Shown here: positions 50,901 to 60,300 of the stretch, piece after piece | Position numbering within the stretch: position 1 is the stretch's first letter | Layout of the letters: each line of letters starts with the position of its first letter | DNA from: Armatimonadota bacterium | GTDB lineage: Bacteria; Armatimonadota; UBA5829; DSUL01 | DNA length: 64,000 nt | Direction of reading: 5' to 3' | NCBI GenBank assembly: GCA_039811685.1 | Contig: JBDHZC010000001.1 | Coordinates: 909,404 to 973,403, forward strand | Position numbers and translations under genes: made by a program | The notes under the pieces: generated by a model | Database searches by the model: none | Seen by the model: the letters and a program-made list of their open reading frames with translations, nothing else | Told to the model about the DNA's origin: nothing

Positions 50901-51430
50901 GTGGATTGGAACTCGATAGTAGGAACAATAATAGGTGCGGCCGTTGTGCTTACAGGAAGCTGGCTGAATCATCTTATGGCGCGAGACCAACGGAAGGCCC
51001 GCATACGAGAACATCTGTATGAACGGCGGATGGAGGCCTTTCTGGAGCTGCCAGGCCTTTTTAGGAACGTACTCGCTGCGGCGAATGGCCTGCGAAATCT
51101 TACAAAAAGCGAGTGCGTGCAGAGTGCTAGAGTTCCTGAGACAGAGTCATACTGCTAATTGCAACTCAAACGTATTTGGACTGCGTGAGTCGTGCCGTAA
51201 TGTTGACTTCAGAACAGAATGCTCAGGACGTCGCTCAAACACTCGAACCAATAAACCCTATTGAGGTCGCTACTCAGGCTCAGATGGATGAGCCGCTTTG
51301 GCTTACCAAAGCGTTGACCAGTTATGACAATGCAATGAACGGGATGAGGCGAGATCTGTTAATTGGACCACTCAGCACCGATATTCTAACTGTCCTTGGC
51401 AAGAAGTCCGTGACGCGAACATCAGAGTAG
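50901..51430 (+). pseudogene. Probable frameshifted membrane-anchored hypothetical gene
   Basis: ORF 50901-51158 has an N-terminal TM helix; the -1 frame is open from about 51140 to the stop at 51430; lower GC than the flanks. Confidence 0.4.
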
Positions 51431-52084
51431 AAGACAAAAACTGATGGAAAGCTGTCTTCCTATTATGGATTGTTGTCGAAAGCAGCCAAGGCGCATACTT
51501 GGCCGGAACAGGCCTGGCAGGTGGGATATCACCGGCCACACAGAAACGTGAGAGCAAACGGAATGATCTCCGGCCTATAGCGGAAGAAATCGAGAAGGTA
51601 TTGCATTGGTTTTGCCTGCTACGAACAACGAAGAAAAGCAGCGGAGGATAGAAGATCTACATGTCTGGCTGGGCTTGTTTGTGCTTTCGCCTCATGAGGG
51701 CCAGCGGGCACTTGCAGCACGTGGCTGCTCACCCGAAAGAGTTGCGGAGATCATTCTAGCCAACGGGTCCTCGAGAGGTGAGTTCGACGACATAGAGGAC
51801 AACGATCGGGATATTATGCGACTCTAGTCTGACGTGCTGAAAGCGCAGGCTTAGAGCAAGCACGGCCGAGTGAACCGGAGGGGCTTCTTGTCGCGCAGAC
51901 CCATGGGACCAATGGAACAGATGAAGAGTTGAGGTGACGGCGGCAGGTCTGCGCGTGTAGAGCAGCTTGAGCGGCCGGGAGGGCAGCTTCGGCGGTGGCG
52001 GTGCGATAAGGCTGTTTCGCAGGAAAGGGCGGTTCTTGCCGACAGGGACGGCATCAGTTATGCTGTGGACTCGGAGGCGATAAG

Positions 52085-53038
52085 GTGTCAAGCGGTGTAG
52101 AAAAGCTGCGCAGGATGCTGGAAATTCGAGCCTGTGAAGAGCGGGTGCAGCAGTTGTTTGCGGAGGGACTTGTGCGTGGCTCAACGCATCTGTGTATCGG
52201 GCAGGAAGCGGTGGCTGTGGGCGTCGTCTCTGCGATTGACAGTGAGAGAGGAGACACGCTGAGCTGCACGTACAGAGGGCACGGCTACGCGCTGGCGATG
52301 GGCATGTCTCTGAGGTCTTTGCTGGCCGAGTTGATGGGCAGATCTGGCGGCTGTTGCGGCGGAAAAGGTGGCTCAATGCATCTGACTGATCCAGACATTG
52401 GGTTTTTGGGTGAGTTCGCGATTGTCGGCGCAAATGTCCCCGTCACGAATGGCGCGGCGCTGTCGGCTCAGGTGCTGGGGACAGGAGCGGTAAGTGTGGC
52501 CGTGTTTGGGGACGGCGCTGTGAATATCGGCGCGTGGCACGAAGCTGTCAATCTGGCCGCTGTCTGGAAGCTGCCAAGCATCTTTGTCTGCGAAAACAAT
52601 CTGTACGGGGAATACACCCCGTTTGCAGAAACCTCGCCTGTGCCATCGGTAGCCGATCGCGCTGCGGCGTATGGGATTCCGGCGATTGTAGTAGATGGGC
52701 AGGACGTTGACGCAGTGGAGGAAGCGGCGCATACAGCTTGCGAGCGCGCCCGTGCCGGCGGCGGTCCCATGCTTATTGAAGCGAAAACCTATCGTTTTGT
52801 CGGACACTCGCGAACAGACCCCGCCACCTATCGCCCCGAGGGTGAACTGGAAGAGTGGATGCGGCGCGATCCTGTTCAGATTCAAAAACAGCGTCTCATC
52901 GACAAAGGGGAACTGAGCGCAAGGCGATTTACAGAGATGACGAGAAAAGCGCACGAGGCGGTAGAAGAAGCGCTTCAGTGGGCGAGCAACCAGGCGTGGC
53001 CGGTAAAATCGGAAGTGCGCGAAGGGATATGGGTGTGA
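52085..53038 (+). CDS. TPP-dependent dehydrogenase E1 alpha subunit (AcoA/PdhA-like)
   Basis: HLCIGQEAVA, TYRGHG, GKGGSMH, GDGA...ENN and TYRFVGHS. Confidence 0.93.
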   Translation: MSSGVEKLRRMLEIRACEERVQQLFAEGLVRGSTHLCIGQEAVAVGVVSAIDSERGDTLSCTYRGHGYALAMGMSLRSLLAELMGRSGGCCGGKGGSMHLTDPDIGFLGEFAIVGANVPVTNGAALSAQVLGTGAVSVAVFGDGAVNIGAWHEAVNLAAVWKLPSIFVCENNLYGEYTPFAETSPVPSVADRAAAYGIPAIVVDGQDVDAVEEAAHTACERARAGGGPMLIEAKTYRFVGHSRTDPATYRPEGELEEWMRRDPVQIQKQRLIDKGELSARRFTEMTRKAHEAVEEALQWASNQAWPVKSEVREGIWV

Positions 53039-53042
53039 GCGG

Positions 53043-54020
53043 ATGGCAGTTCTGACCTATCGAGAGGCTATTACGCGCGCGCTGGATGAAGAGATGTCGC
53101 GAGACGGCTCTGTCGTGCTCTTCGGTGAAGATGTGGCAAAAGCTGGCGGCGTGTTCAAAGCCACACCCGGACTCTACGAGAAGTTTGGCGCGCTCCGAGT
53201 TCGGGACACGCCAATTTCGGAAACCGCCATCATCGGCGCGGCCATTGGCGCGGCTATGACAGGATTGAGGCCGGTGGCAGAGCTCATGTTTGCGGACTTT
53301 GTCGCGGTGTGTCTGGATCAGATCGTCAACCAGGCGGCCAAACTGCGCTACATGTCCCGTGGAAAGATCAAAGCGCCCTTGACTATCAGAGGCGCACAGG
53401 GAGCGGGCACGGGATTTGCGTCACAACATTCCCAATGCGTTGAGACTCTGCTGATGCACAACCCGGGAATCAAAGTGGCCGCTCCAGCTACTCCAGCGGA
53501 TGCTCTCGGACTTCTAAAAACGGCGATTCGTGACGACAACCCCGTGATGTTCCTTGAGCACAAGATGATGTACAACGAAAAGGGCGACGTTCCAGCCGGA
53601 GACTACCTAGTGCCTTTCGGAAAGGCGGCCGTCTTACGAGAGGGCAAGGATGTCACGGTTGTCGCAGTTCAGCGTATGGTGAAGGTAGCGAGTGAAGCAG
53701 CGGAGCAGTTGGCTGAGGAGGGAATTTCCTGCGAAGTGCTGGACCTGCGCACGCTGGTTCCCATGGACATTGGCGCAGTGATTTCTTCGGTTGAGCGTAC
53801 GGGCCACCTGGTGACTGTAGAGGAGGCTGTTGAGACGTGCGGATGGGGCGCGGAAGTGGTGTCTCGAGTGGCATCTGAAAGCATCTGGAACCTGGATGGC
53901 CCACCCTTGCGCGTGACGCTCGGAGAGAGCATCATCCCCTTCAGCGAACCACTGGAGGAGGCGATTATCCCCAATCCGGCTCGCGTTATCTCCGCAGTGC
54001 GCTCACTTATGGCACATTGA
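53043..54020 (+). CDS. TPP-dependent dehydrogenase E1 beta subunit (AcoB/PdhB-like)
   Basis: GEDV...GGVF, DTPISE, RPVAELMF.DF, QHSQ and DLRTLVP.D. Confidence 0.93.
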   Translation: MAVLTYREAITRALDEEMSRDGSVVLFGEDVAKAGGVFKATPGLYEKFGALRVRDTPISETAIIGAAIGAAMTGLRPVAELMFADFVAVCLDQIVNQAAKLRYMSRGKIKAPLTIRGAQGAGTGFASQHSQCVETLLMHNPGIKVAAPATPADALGLLKTAIRDDNPVMFLEHKMMYNEKGDVPAGDYLVPFGKAAVLREGKDVTVVAVQRMVKVASEAAEQLAEEGISCEVLDLRTLVPMDIGAVISSVERTGHLVTVEEAVETCGWGAEVVSRVASESIWNLDGPPLRVTLGESIIPFSEPLEEAIIPNPARVISAVRSLMAH

Positions 54021-54030
54021 AAGGCGTCTT

Positions 54031-54492
54031 ATGCTGCTGAATTGCTTCCATTTTAGCTTTACGGTCTCAGACATCGAGGCTTCCGTGCACTTCTACCGCG
54101 ACATCCTGGGTATGAAGCTGGTCCACAGGATGGTCCACGACCAGCCTTACACAAGCAAGCAGGTCGCCTTTGACAATGCGTTCCTAAAGGTTGCGCTGTT
54201 TACGATAGACGCGATGCCCCAGCCTCCGTCCGGACATATCCTGGAGCTGATTGAGTACGCGAACCCCCGAGGTGAACCCACAGACACAGCGACAAACCGG
54301 CCGGGCGCGGCGCACATGGCGTTTCAGGTGGATGACTTGCAGGCGGAATACGCCCGGATGAAAGCTCTGGGAGTGCGGTTCAAATCGGAGCCTGTGCAGA
54401 TTACCGCAGGCCGCAATGCGGGTGGCTGGACAGTCTATCTGCTGGACCCGGACAATATCACTCTGGAGATGGTGCAGCCAAAGTCTCTGTAG
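54031..54492 (+). CDS. VOC/glyoxalase family protein (methylmalonyl-CoA epimerase-like)
   Basis: HFSFTVSD...FY.D.LG, LELIEY, HMAFQVDD and DPD...LE. Confidence 0.88.
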   Translation: MLLNCFHFSFTVSDIEASVHFYRDILGMKLVHRMVHDQPYTSKQVAFDNAFLKVALFTIDAMPQPPSGHILELIEYANPRGEPTDTATNRPGAAHMAFQVDDLQAEYARMKALGVRFKSEPVQITAGRNAGGWTVYLLDPDNITLEMVQPKSL

Positions 54493-54556
54493 AGCCTGAT
54501 GCGCGAAACCTCCGCTTCTGCGACGTGGAGTTGTCCGCACGAAGCATGCGACTAGG

Positions 54557-55339
54557 CTACTGTAGAGTTGAAGTCGCTCCGCCATCCACCACCACGAGAG
54601 AGCCCGTGGTCCACGCGGCCTCTTTTGACGCCAGCCAGAGGACAGCAGAGGTGACGTCGACGGGTTGACCCAGGCGACCAAGCGGTGTTCCTTCTTCCAA
54701 GTGCGCTCGAAGAGCGGGATCGGCCAGCGCGGACCGGTTGATGTCGGTTTCGACTGTCCCCGGCAAAACTGCGTTGCACGTAATGCCGTGGGGCGCAAGG
54801 CTGAGCGCCATGCTCTTGATCAGCAGATTCTCCCCAGCCTTTGAAGCGCAGTAGTGCGCCTGTTTGCTGCCTCCGACGAGGCTGGAAATTGAACCGGTCG
54901 CAACAATACGCCCTCCGCCCTGCCGCGCTGTCATGTGGCGGGCAACTGCCTGCGACGTCAGGAAAACGCCCTTCAGATTGACAGCCAGCACTCTGTCCCA
55001 CTGCGCCTCTTCAATATCCATAAAGTCCGCAAACGGGCAGATGCCGGCGTTACAGATGAGGATGTCGATACGCCCAAAGCTCTGGAGCGTACGGGAGACC
55101 AGCGCTTCGACTCTTTCCGACAGAGCGACGTCGGCGTTTACGTGCATACTGCGCCGGCCAAGCTGCTGTATAGAGCTGACAACAGACTCCGCATTAGCAT
55201 CGTCGTCCAGGTGGTTGATAGCGACGTCGGATCCGGCCCGGGCCAGAGCCATGGCGATAGCGGCTCCGATCCCACGTGAAGCGCCCGTAACCAGAGAGAC
55301 AGGAGCTTGATCGGGAGCGGATGAAAAAAGGCTCAACAT
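54557..55339 (-). CDS. SDR dehydrogenase resembling L-rhamnose 1-dehydrogenase
   Basis: TGASRGIG, NAGICPF..F.D, SISSLVGG..Q.HY...KAG and CNAVLPGT..TDIN, typical of LRA1-type SDRs. Confidence 0.7.
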   Translation of the reverse strand: MLSLFSSAPDQAPVSLVTGASRGIGAAIAMALARAGSDVAINHLDDDANAESVVSSIQQLGRRSMHVNADVALSERVEALVSRTLQSFGRIDILICNAGICPFADFMDIEEAQWDRVLAVNLKGVFLTSQAVARHMTARQGGGRIVATGSISSLVGGSKQAHYCASKAGENLLIKSMALSLAPHGITCNAVLPGTVETDINRSALADPALRAHLEEGTPLGRLGQPVDVTSAVLWLASKEAAWTTGSLVVVDGGATSTLQ

Positions 55340-56130
55340 CAGCTTCCGATCTTTCCGTCTGGATGGTCCTGCAGGACGCGGAGATCGTACATTGGAACGA
55401 GAATGTCCGCTGTTTTCCGGATCCGATCGTATGCGCTGAGGGCTTCGTACATGTTCTCGTTGATGCCGAGAATGCGGTTTTCTGCGATGTTCTCATAGCG
55501 GAAGAAACAGTCCGAGAAGACCACCGTTCCCTCAGTTGTGGAAACCTGCACCGCGACGCTGCTGCGATGGTGGACACCGGTCCAGAAGACTTCGACTCCC
55601 GGCGCAAGCTCGTGCTCGTTTTCCATCATCGCCATGCGTTCCCACGCGTCTGTGAAAACGTGACAGATCAGGCGTGGAATGATGCACATGTGCAGTTTGT
55701 CGTGCGGGTGAGGCTTCCATCGCGGCGCAAAGAGCTCCCCCCAGCCAGAGCGATTGACGCAAATCGCGGCGTTCGGAAACTTGTCCAGCCCACCAGTTGC
55801 GTAGCTCTGCAGGGGCGTAAGAACGAGCGTATCGACGTCCTCTGGCCGCACTCCCAGAGCCCTCAAACGGTTTTCGACGCGGTCTTCATCGTTTACAACA
55901 AGCTTCTGGCGCCCGCCCGTGCCGCCGAGCCAGATTTCGTTCAGGCTGTCGAGCTCCTCAAGCGGTGGCCCGCTATTCACGAGAATTGTGCGTCCATGCC
56001 CGCGGATCAGCATTGCGTAGACAGCAAGAGGCTCCCACTCGTCCTCTCCGAGGTTGCTCATCCAGTAAAGCTGAACACCCGGGCAGGCTGTAAACTCTCC
56101 CACCTTCAAAACATCAACTCGATAATCCAT
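55339..56130 (-). CDS. MBL-fold (AHL-lactonase-like) protein with atypical metal motif
   Basis: LIRG....ILVNSG, LGV.PEDV..LVLT, FPNA and LAPGV....TG.H; GGAGGAG SD before ATG 56130. Confidence 0.75.
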   Translation of the reverse strand: MDYRVDVLKVGEFTACPGVQLYWMSNLGEDEWEPLAVYAMLIRGHGRTILVNSGPPLEELDSLNEIWLGGTGGRQKLVVNDEDRVENRLRALGVRPEDVDTLVLTPLQSYATGGLDKFPNAAICVNRSGWGELFAPRWKPHPHDKLHMCIIPRLICHVFTDAWERMAMMENEHELAPGVEVFWTGVHHRSSVAVQVSTTEGTVVFSDCFFRYENIAENRILGINENMYEALSAYDRIRKTADILVPMYDLRVLQDHPDGKIGS

Positions 56131-56240
56131 CGTCTGCCGCTCCTCCGGCAAATCAGACCACGTCTGGCGCGCTTGTCCTCCGTCAGGCATCAGCCCAGAG
56201 CTTAGGCCGCTTGAGGCACGTCACAACTACCGCCGCTATT

Positions 56241-56984
56241 TCAGTCCATCCGCATGCCGCCATTGACGTCAATGGTGGCGCCGGTAATGAACCCTGCTTC
56301 CTCCGAAGCCAGGAACACTGCCGCCGCCGCAATGTCCGACGGCTCGGCCAGACGCCCCATCGGAATTGTCTCGCGAATCTTTGCCACCATTTCCGGCATG
56401 TTCCACCGGGACGTTAGAGCTGTGTCCGCCAGACCTGGCGCAATGGTATTGGCCGTGCCGTAAGGGGCAAGATACTTCGCGAAGCTCTTTGTCATTGAAT
56501 ACAAGCCAGCTTTGGTGAGGCAGTACACAGGAATATCCAGATACCCGCCGGTTTTCCCTCCGACAGAGCTGATATTAATGATTCTGCCGGTCCGGCGTGA
56601 CACCATGTGGGCGCCCGCGGCTTGAGACAGAAAGTAGGGCCCCCGCAGGTTGACGGCAACAAGTTTGTCGAAGAACGATTCGTCAACGTCGGGCAGCGGG
56701 CACAGGGGACAGATCCCCGCGTTGTTGACAAGGATGTCGAGCTGTCCGGAAGACTCAATTACACGAGCGACAGTCTCTCTGCAGCTTTCGACAGAGGAAA
56801 CGTCCAGATGCTGGACAGCTACGCCATCTCCAACAGATGCAGCGGCTTGATGTGCCGCAACGGTGTCCAGGTCTCCGATGACAACTGAAGCACCAGCACA
56901 GTGCAGGGCGTGTACGATGCCAAGGCCTATCCCCCGCGCACCACCAGTCACCAGAGCGACTTTTCCGCTCAGGTCAAACGGCAT
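56241..56984 (-). CDS. SDR oxidoreductase (FabG-like)
   Basis: TGGARGIG, LVNNAG, YCLTK and ITGATIDVNGG. Confidence 0.9.
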   Translation of the reverse strand: MPFDLSGKVALVTGGARGIGLGIVHALHCAGASVVIGDLDTVAAHQAAASVGDGVAVQHLDVSSVESCRETVARVIESSGQLDILVNNAGICPLCPLPDVDESFFDKLVAVNLRGPYFLSQAAGAHMVSRRTGRIINISSVGGKTGGYLDIPVYCLTKAGLYSMTKSFAKYLAPYGTANTIAPGLADTALTSRWNMPEMVAKIRETIPMGRLAEPSDIAAAAVFLASEEAGFITGATIDVNGGMRMD

Positions 56985-57100
56985 AGTGGTTTCCAGACAG
57001 ATCTCTTGACGGGTGCGCTTGTAGTCATTGTCCTTTGGAGTTTTTGCTCTGTCCTGGCAGAATTCCTGCACCGAACCGAGGAGAACAAGCGTAAGTCACA

Positions 57101-59047
57101 TTATCCGTCGGTCCGCGAAAAGACCGCTTTGAGCGCTTCGGCGGCGGGTTTGAACTTTCCGTCAAATTCTATGACAGAAGTGTTTGCCGTGCATGGAAAG
57201 CAGTCATGCCCCATCCAGACAATGAAGCCACCACACTCGGGAAAGCGGCTTTTGCAGGCATCAGCGGCAATGGACAGCGCTTCAGCCTGACGCTTTTGGC
57301 TCCACTCCACATAGTCCTCCAGGCTGGCAGTCTCATTTCCCGTTTCGCGGACAAACTGCTCCCACTCGATCCACCAGGCACTTGTACGCCGCCACAGCGG
57401 GTTATCTGGCGTGCAGGGCATGACCTCGCACTCTCCTGAGTATAGACGGATCATCTCAGCAGAGCTTGCGCCAGGGGCTCCAGTCTCCGAGCGAAAGAGG
57501 GCGTCGTCGTTTTTCCAGTAATCCCGCCAGGCTTGCAGATCGGAATCCGCCTTCCACGGACCATGCACGTCCCAGTGAACGCCTTTTCCGAACTCTTCAG
57601 CCGACGCGCCGAAGCGAGGTCCGCTTGAAGACGTCGGCAGATAACGGCGCGTGGGGTCCAGTTCGCGGCAGACTTCGCCAAGGCGCGCGAGCATGGGATG
57701 CTCCACGCCGCAGGGGGTACGGTCATTGTTCTGGAGCTCGTTGCCTCCACACCAGATAATGAGCGAAGGGTGATGGTGACGGCGCTGAATATAGGAGGCG
57801 GCAATCTGCGCCAGCGTCTCGATGGAGCCAGCGTCATCCGGCGGATAGTTGTCCACTCCGGAAGAGGACAACGGGAACTCCTGCCACACCATCAGCCCCA
57901 TCTCATCGCAGAGATCGTAGAACAGCTCACTCTCCAGCGTCGCCCCACCCCACACGCGTACGACGTTAGCGCCCATATCCCGGTAGGCTTCCAGCAGTGT
58001 TTTGTAACGCGCTGGTGGTGTATCAGCAAAGTTCGGGAGCGGAGGAACCCAGTTCACCCCCTGCAGGAAAACGGGCTTGCCATTTACGACACATATCCAG
58101 GGGTCGGCTGCCGGCGGAGCGCCTTTGCAACGCTGCCAGCGCACATCCCTGAATCCCACACGCTTCAGGCGCTGATCGACAACTCGTCCTGCGCCGTCCA
58201 GAAGCTCAGTGTGAACGCCGTAGAGAGTCTGAGGCCCCATCCCGCTGGGCCACCAGAGACGCACGGGCGCGTCTTCTATGGCGACTCCAGAAGAATTGAA
58301 CGATTCAAGTGATGTTGTGACACTGTCGATTGTCCGGCCATCCTGCGTCAGAGTCACTCTCACACTGTGGTCACCAGGCGCGCTGATATGCCCGGTCATC
58401 TCCAGCGTGCCACTCTGTGGAGACATCGCGCCGCGCGTGCGATACCACAGATCCTCTATCTCGGCGCCATCAGTGATCTCCAGCTTCACACCCGCGAACA
58501 TGCCGATCTGCACCACCCGTGGTGTCCAGTCCCAGGTGTAGTTGAATCTCACCTTCCAGTCCGTCATGCGCGACGTGTAGCCAAACTGACCAAGCCACCG
58601 TGGCGAGCACTCGAAAACAACCTGCAGAACGTTGCGGGAGGAGTTCAGATGAGGCGTGAGATCCAGAGTCAGCGGGAGATGGGAGTTCGCGAAGCTGGCG
58701 AGGGGCTTTGCATTCAGGAGCACCTCACCTGTTCCGTCCAGCCCTTCAAAGGTAAGGCGCACGGTCTTTCCAGCGTCCAGACACTCCGGGGGAAGCTGGC
58801 ACTCGTAAATCCAGTGCCGGTTCTCAACCCATTCGCACGCCCGCGCATTGAGTCCGCTGTTCCAGTCCGGCAGAAGACCGGCATCGAGCAGGGCCTTTTG
58901 CACAGAACCGGGAACCTGGGCGGGAATGGCCGGCACATCCGCTCCGGGAGATGCGCCGACTTCCATTGTCCGCGCGAGCCGCCAGAGATGGGGAATCCAT
59001 CCGGAAAGGGTCCAGGAAAGCGTGGACAGGTCGCAGGTCGTCTTCAT
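57101..59047 (-). CDS. Glycoside hydrolase family 2 (beta-mannosidase-like), cytoplasmic
   Basis: FEGLD, WDWTP, WWP.G.G.Q.LY, VNG.PVF..G.NW, RVWGG, CDE.G.MVWQEF, WCGGNE and SE.G. Confidence 0.9.
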   Translation of the reverse strand: MKTTCDLSTLSWTLSGWIPHLWRLARTMEVGASPGADVPAIPAQVPGSVQKALLDAGLLPDWNSGLNARACEWVENRHWIYECQLPPECLDAGKTVRLTFEGLDGTGEVLLNAKPLASFANSHLPLTLDLTPHLNSSRNVLQVVFECSPRWLGQFGYTSRMTDWKVRFNYTWDWTPRVVQIGMFAGVKLEITDGAEIEDLWYRTRGAMSPQSGTLEMTGHISAPGDHSVRVTLTQDGRTIDSVTTSLESFNSSGVAIEDAPVRLWWPSGMGPQTLYGVHTELLDGAGRVVDQRLKRVGFRDVRWQRCKGAPPAADPWICVVNGKPVFLQGVNWVPPLPNFADTPPARYKTLLEAYRDMGANVVRVWGGATLESELFYDLCDEMGLMVWQEFPLSSSGVDNYPPDDAGSIETLAQIAASYIQRRHHHPSLIIWCGGNELQNNDRTPCGVEHPMLARLGEVCRELDPTRRYLPTSSSGPRFGASAEEFGKGVHWDVHGPWKADSDLQAWRDYWKNDDALFRSETGAPGASSAEMIRLYSGECEVMPCTPDNPLWRRTSAWWIEWEQFVRETGNETASLEDYVEWSQKRQAEALSIAADACKSRFPECGGFIVWMGHDCFPCTANTSVIEFDGKFKPAAEALKAVFSRTDG

Positions 59048-59195
59048 GAGAGTTTTCTCCAAGTGATGCGCGGAATAACGAAAACGGAAGCATCGCGCCA
59101 CGGACACTCCCTCACGACGGGACGCCCGGGAGAGTTCGCATGGAGTGCTCCGGCAGCGTTGGCACGAGCGATGCGACGTACAATGCTCTCCGCAG

Positions 59196-59894
59196 TCACC
59201 ATTTGAACTTCAAAGCTGTTCTCAGTGTCACAGGCTGCGACCGCCCATTCAGCGGAAAAACCAGCGCTGCAACCCACCAGTTCTTTTTGCCGAAAGGAAA
59301 TGCCACGACGGGAGCGATCTGATGAGTTCGGTCGGAGTAACTCCCGTACACTTCCACTCCCAGCGCTCCAAAGTTGGTGTCCCTCGCCCAGCCCAGCGCA
59401 TATCCATGCCGGTAAGACTGGCCCGATGCCAGCCTCTTCTCAACGATTATATTGTAGGCGTAGTGGTTACGGCGGACGTCTTTGCTGAGGACCAGCCTGC
59501 CCTCCATCTCGTCCGCCTTTTCTGAATCCGCTTTGAGCTTGTACCCCAGGTACAGCGCAGGATCAAGCGCGAGGCGATTGTGTCTCGCCAGACGGTAGAT
59601 CGACTTGAACCTGACTGCGTCAAACTTCAGGTTCTTGCTATAATCTTTCTGGCTTACGAGGTAAACGGCGTTAGCCCAGCGTTCGGTGGTCCCATTCCCC
59701 AACTCAATCTGATTTCTGAAATCACGACCACCACGACGCGAGTTGATCGCGAAGTCCGTGTGCACAGAGATACTCCAACTGCCTTTGCTGGATGTCCAGG
59801 ATTCGTAAGTATGGATGAAGGGTCTCTGGTGACAGAAACCAGGTGAAGCTGCAAAAAAGAGTAGCCCAGACGCAGCCAGCACATAGCGACTCAT
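59196..59894 (-). CDS. Putative outer-membrane beta-barrel protein
   Basis: Signal peptide from ATG 59894, alternating amphipathic strands and C-terminal LKFKW. Confidence 0.6.
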   Translation of the reverse strand: MSRYVLAASGLLFFAASPGFCHQRPFIHTYESWTSSKGSWSISVHTDFAINSRRGGRDFRNQIELGNGTTERWANAVYLVSQKDYSKNLKFDAVRFKSIYRLARHNRLALDPALYLGYKLKADSEKADEMEGRLVLSKDVRRNHYAYNIIVEKRLASGQSYRHGYALGWARDTNFGALGVEVYGSYSDRTHQIAPVVAFPFGKKNWWVAALVFPLNGRSQPVTLRTALKFKW

Positions 59895-60300
59895 GTGATG
59901 TCCCCCAAATTTCGTGCGAATAGTGTCGGTTCGCGCAACTGTCGTGTTCGGTAGGACGTCCGGGTCCGAGCCTCTGCCAGACAACCCCAGTTTATACCTG
60001 TTGAGTCGATCCTCCGCAACAGTCTGCACAGCTTCGATTGGCCAGTGCCAGGCAAACGCTCGCAGAGTGAATCTCTCACGGGAAGACCATATCTGCCTGT
60101 GGCAGTCTTCTGCCTTAGTGGTACGCCTGGGCGCTGGTATGACCGTACTAATAGACCATTGACCGGATCCAGGCGTGGGTCTACAATGACCAATGGTGGT
60201 AGTGTGTCCGCCGCCTATACGCGCGCCCATATTGGTCCTTCTGTTGTTCTGAACGGCCAAGCAGTAGTACTCAGGGAGTAGCGGAAAGGAAGCGCGTGAC

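Noticed and set aside
50650..52000. Integron cassette array
   Set aside because: No recognisable attC (RYYYAAC...GTTRRRY) boundaries and no integrase.
55321..56205. 294-aa plus-strand ORF
   Set aside because: Antisense shadow of the MBL-fold gene.
58367..59206. 279-aa plus-strand ORF
   Set aside because: Antisense shadow of the GH2 gene.
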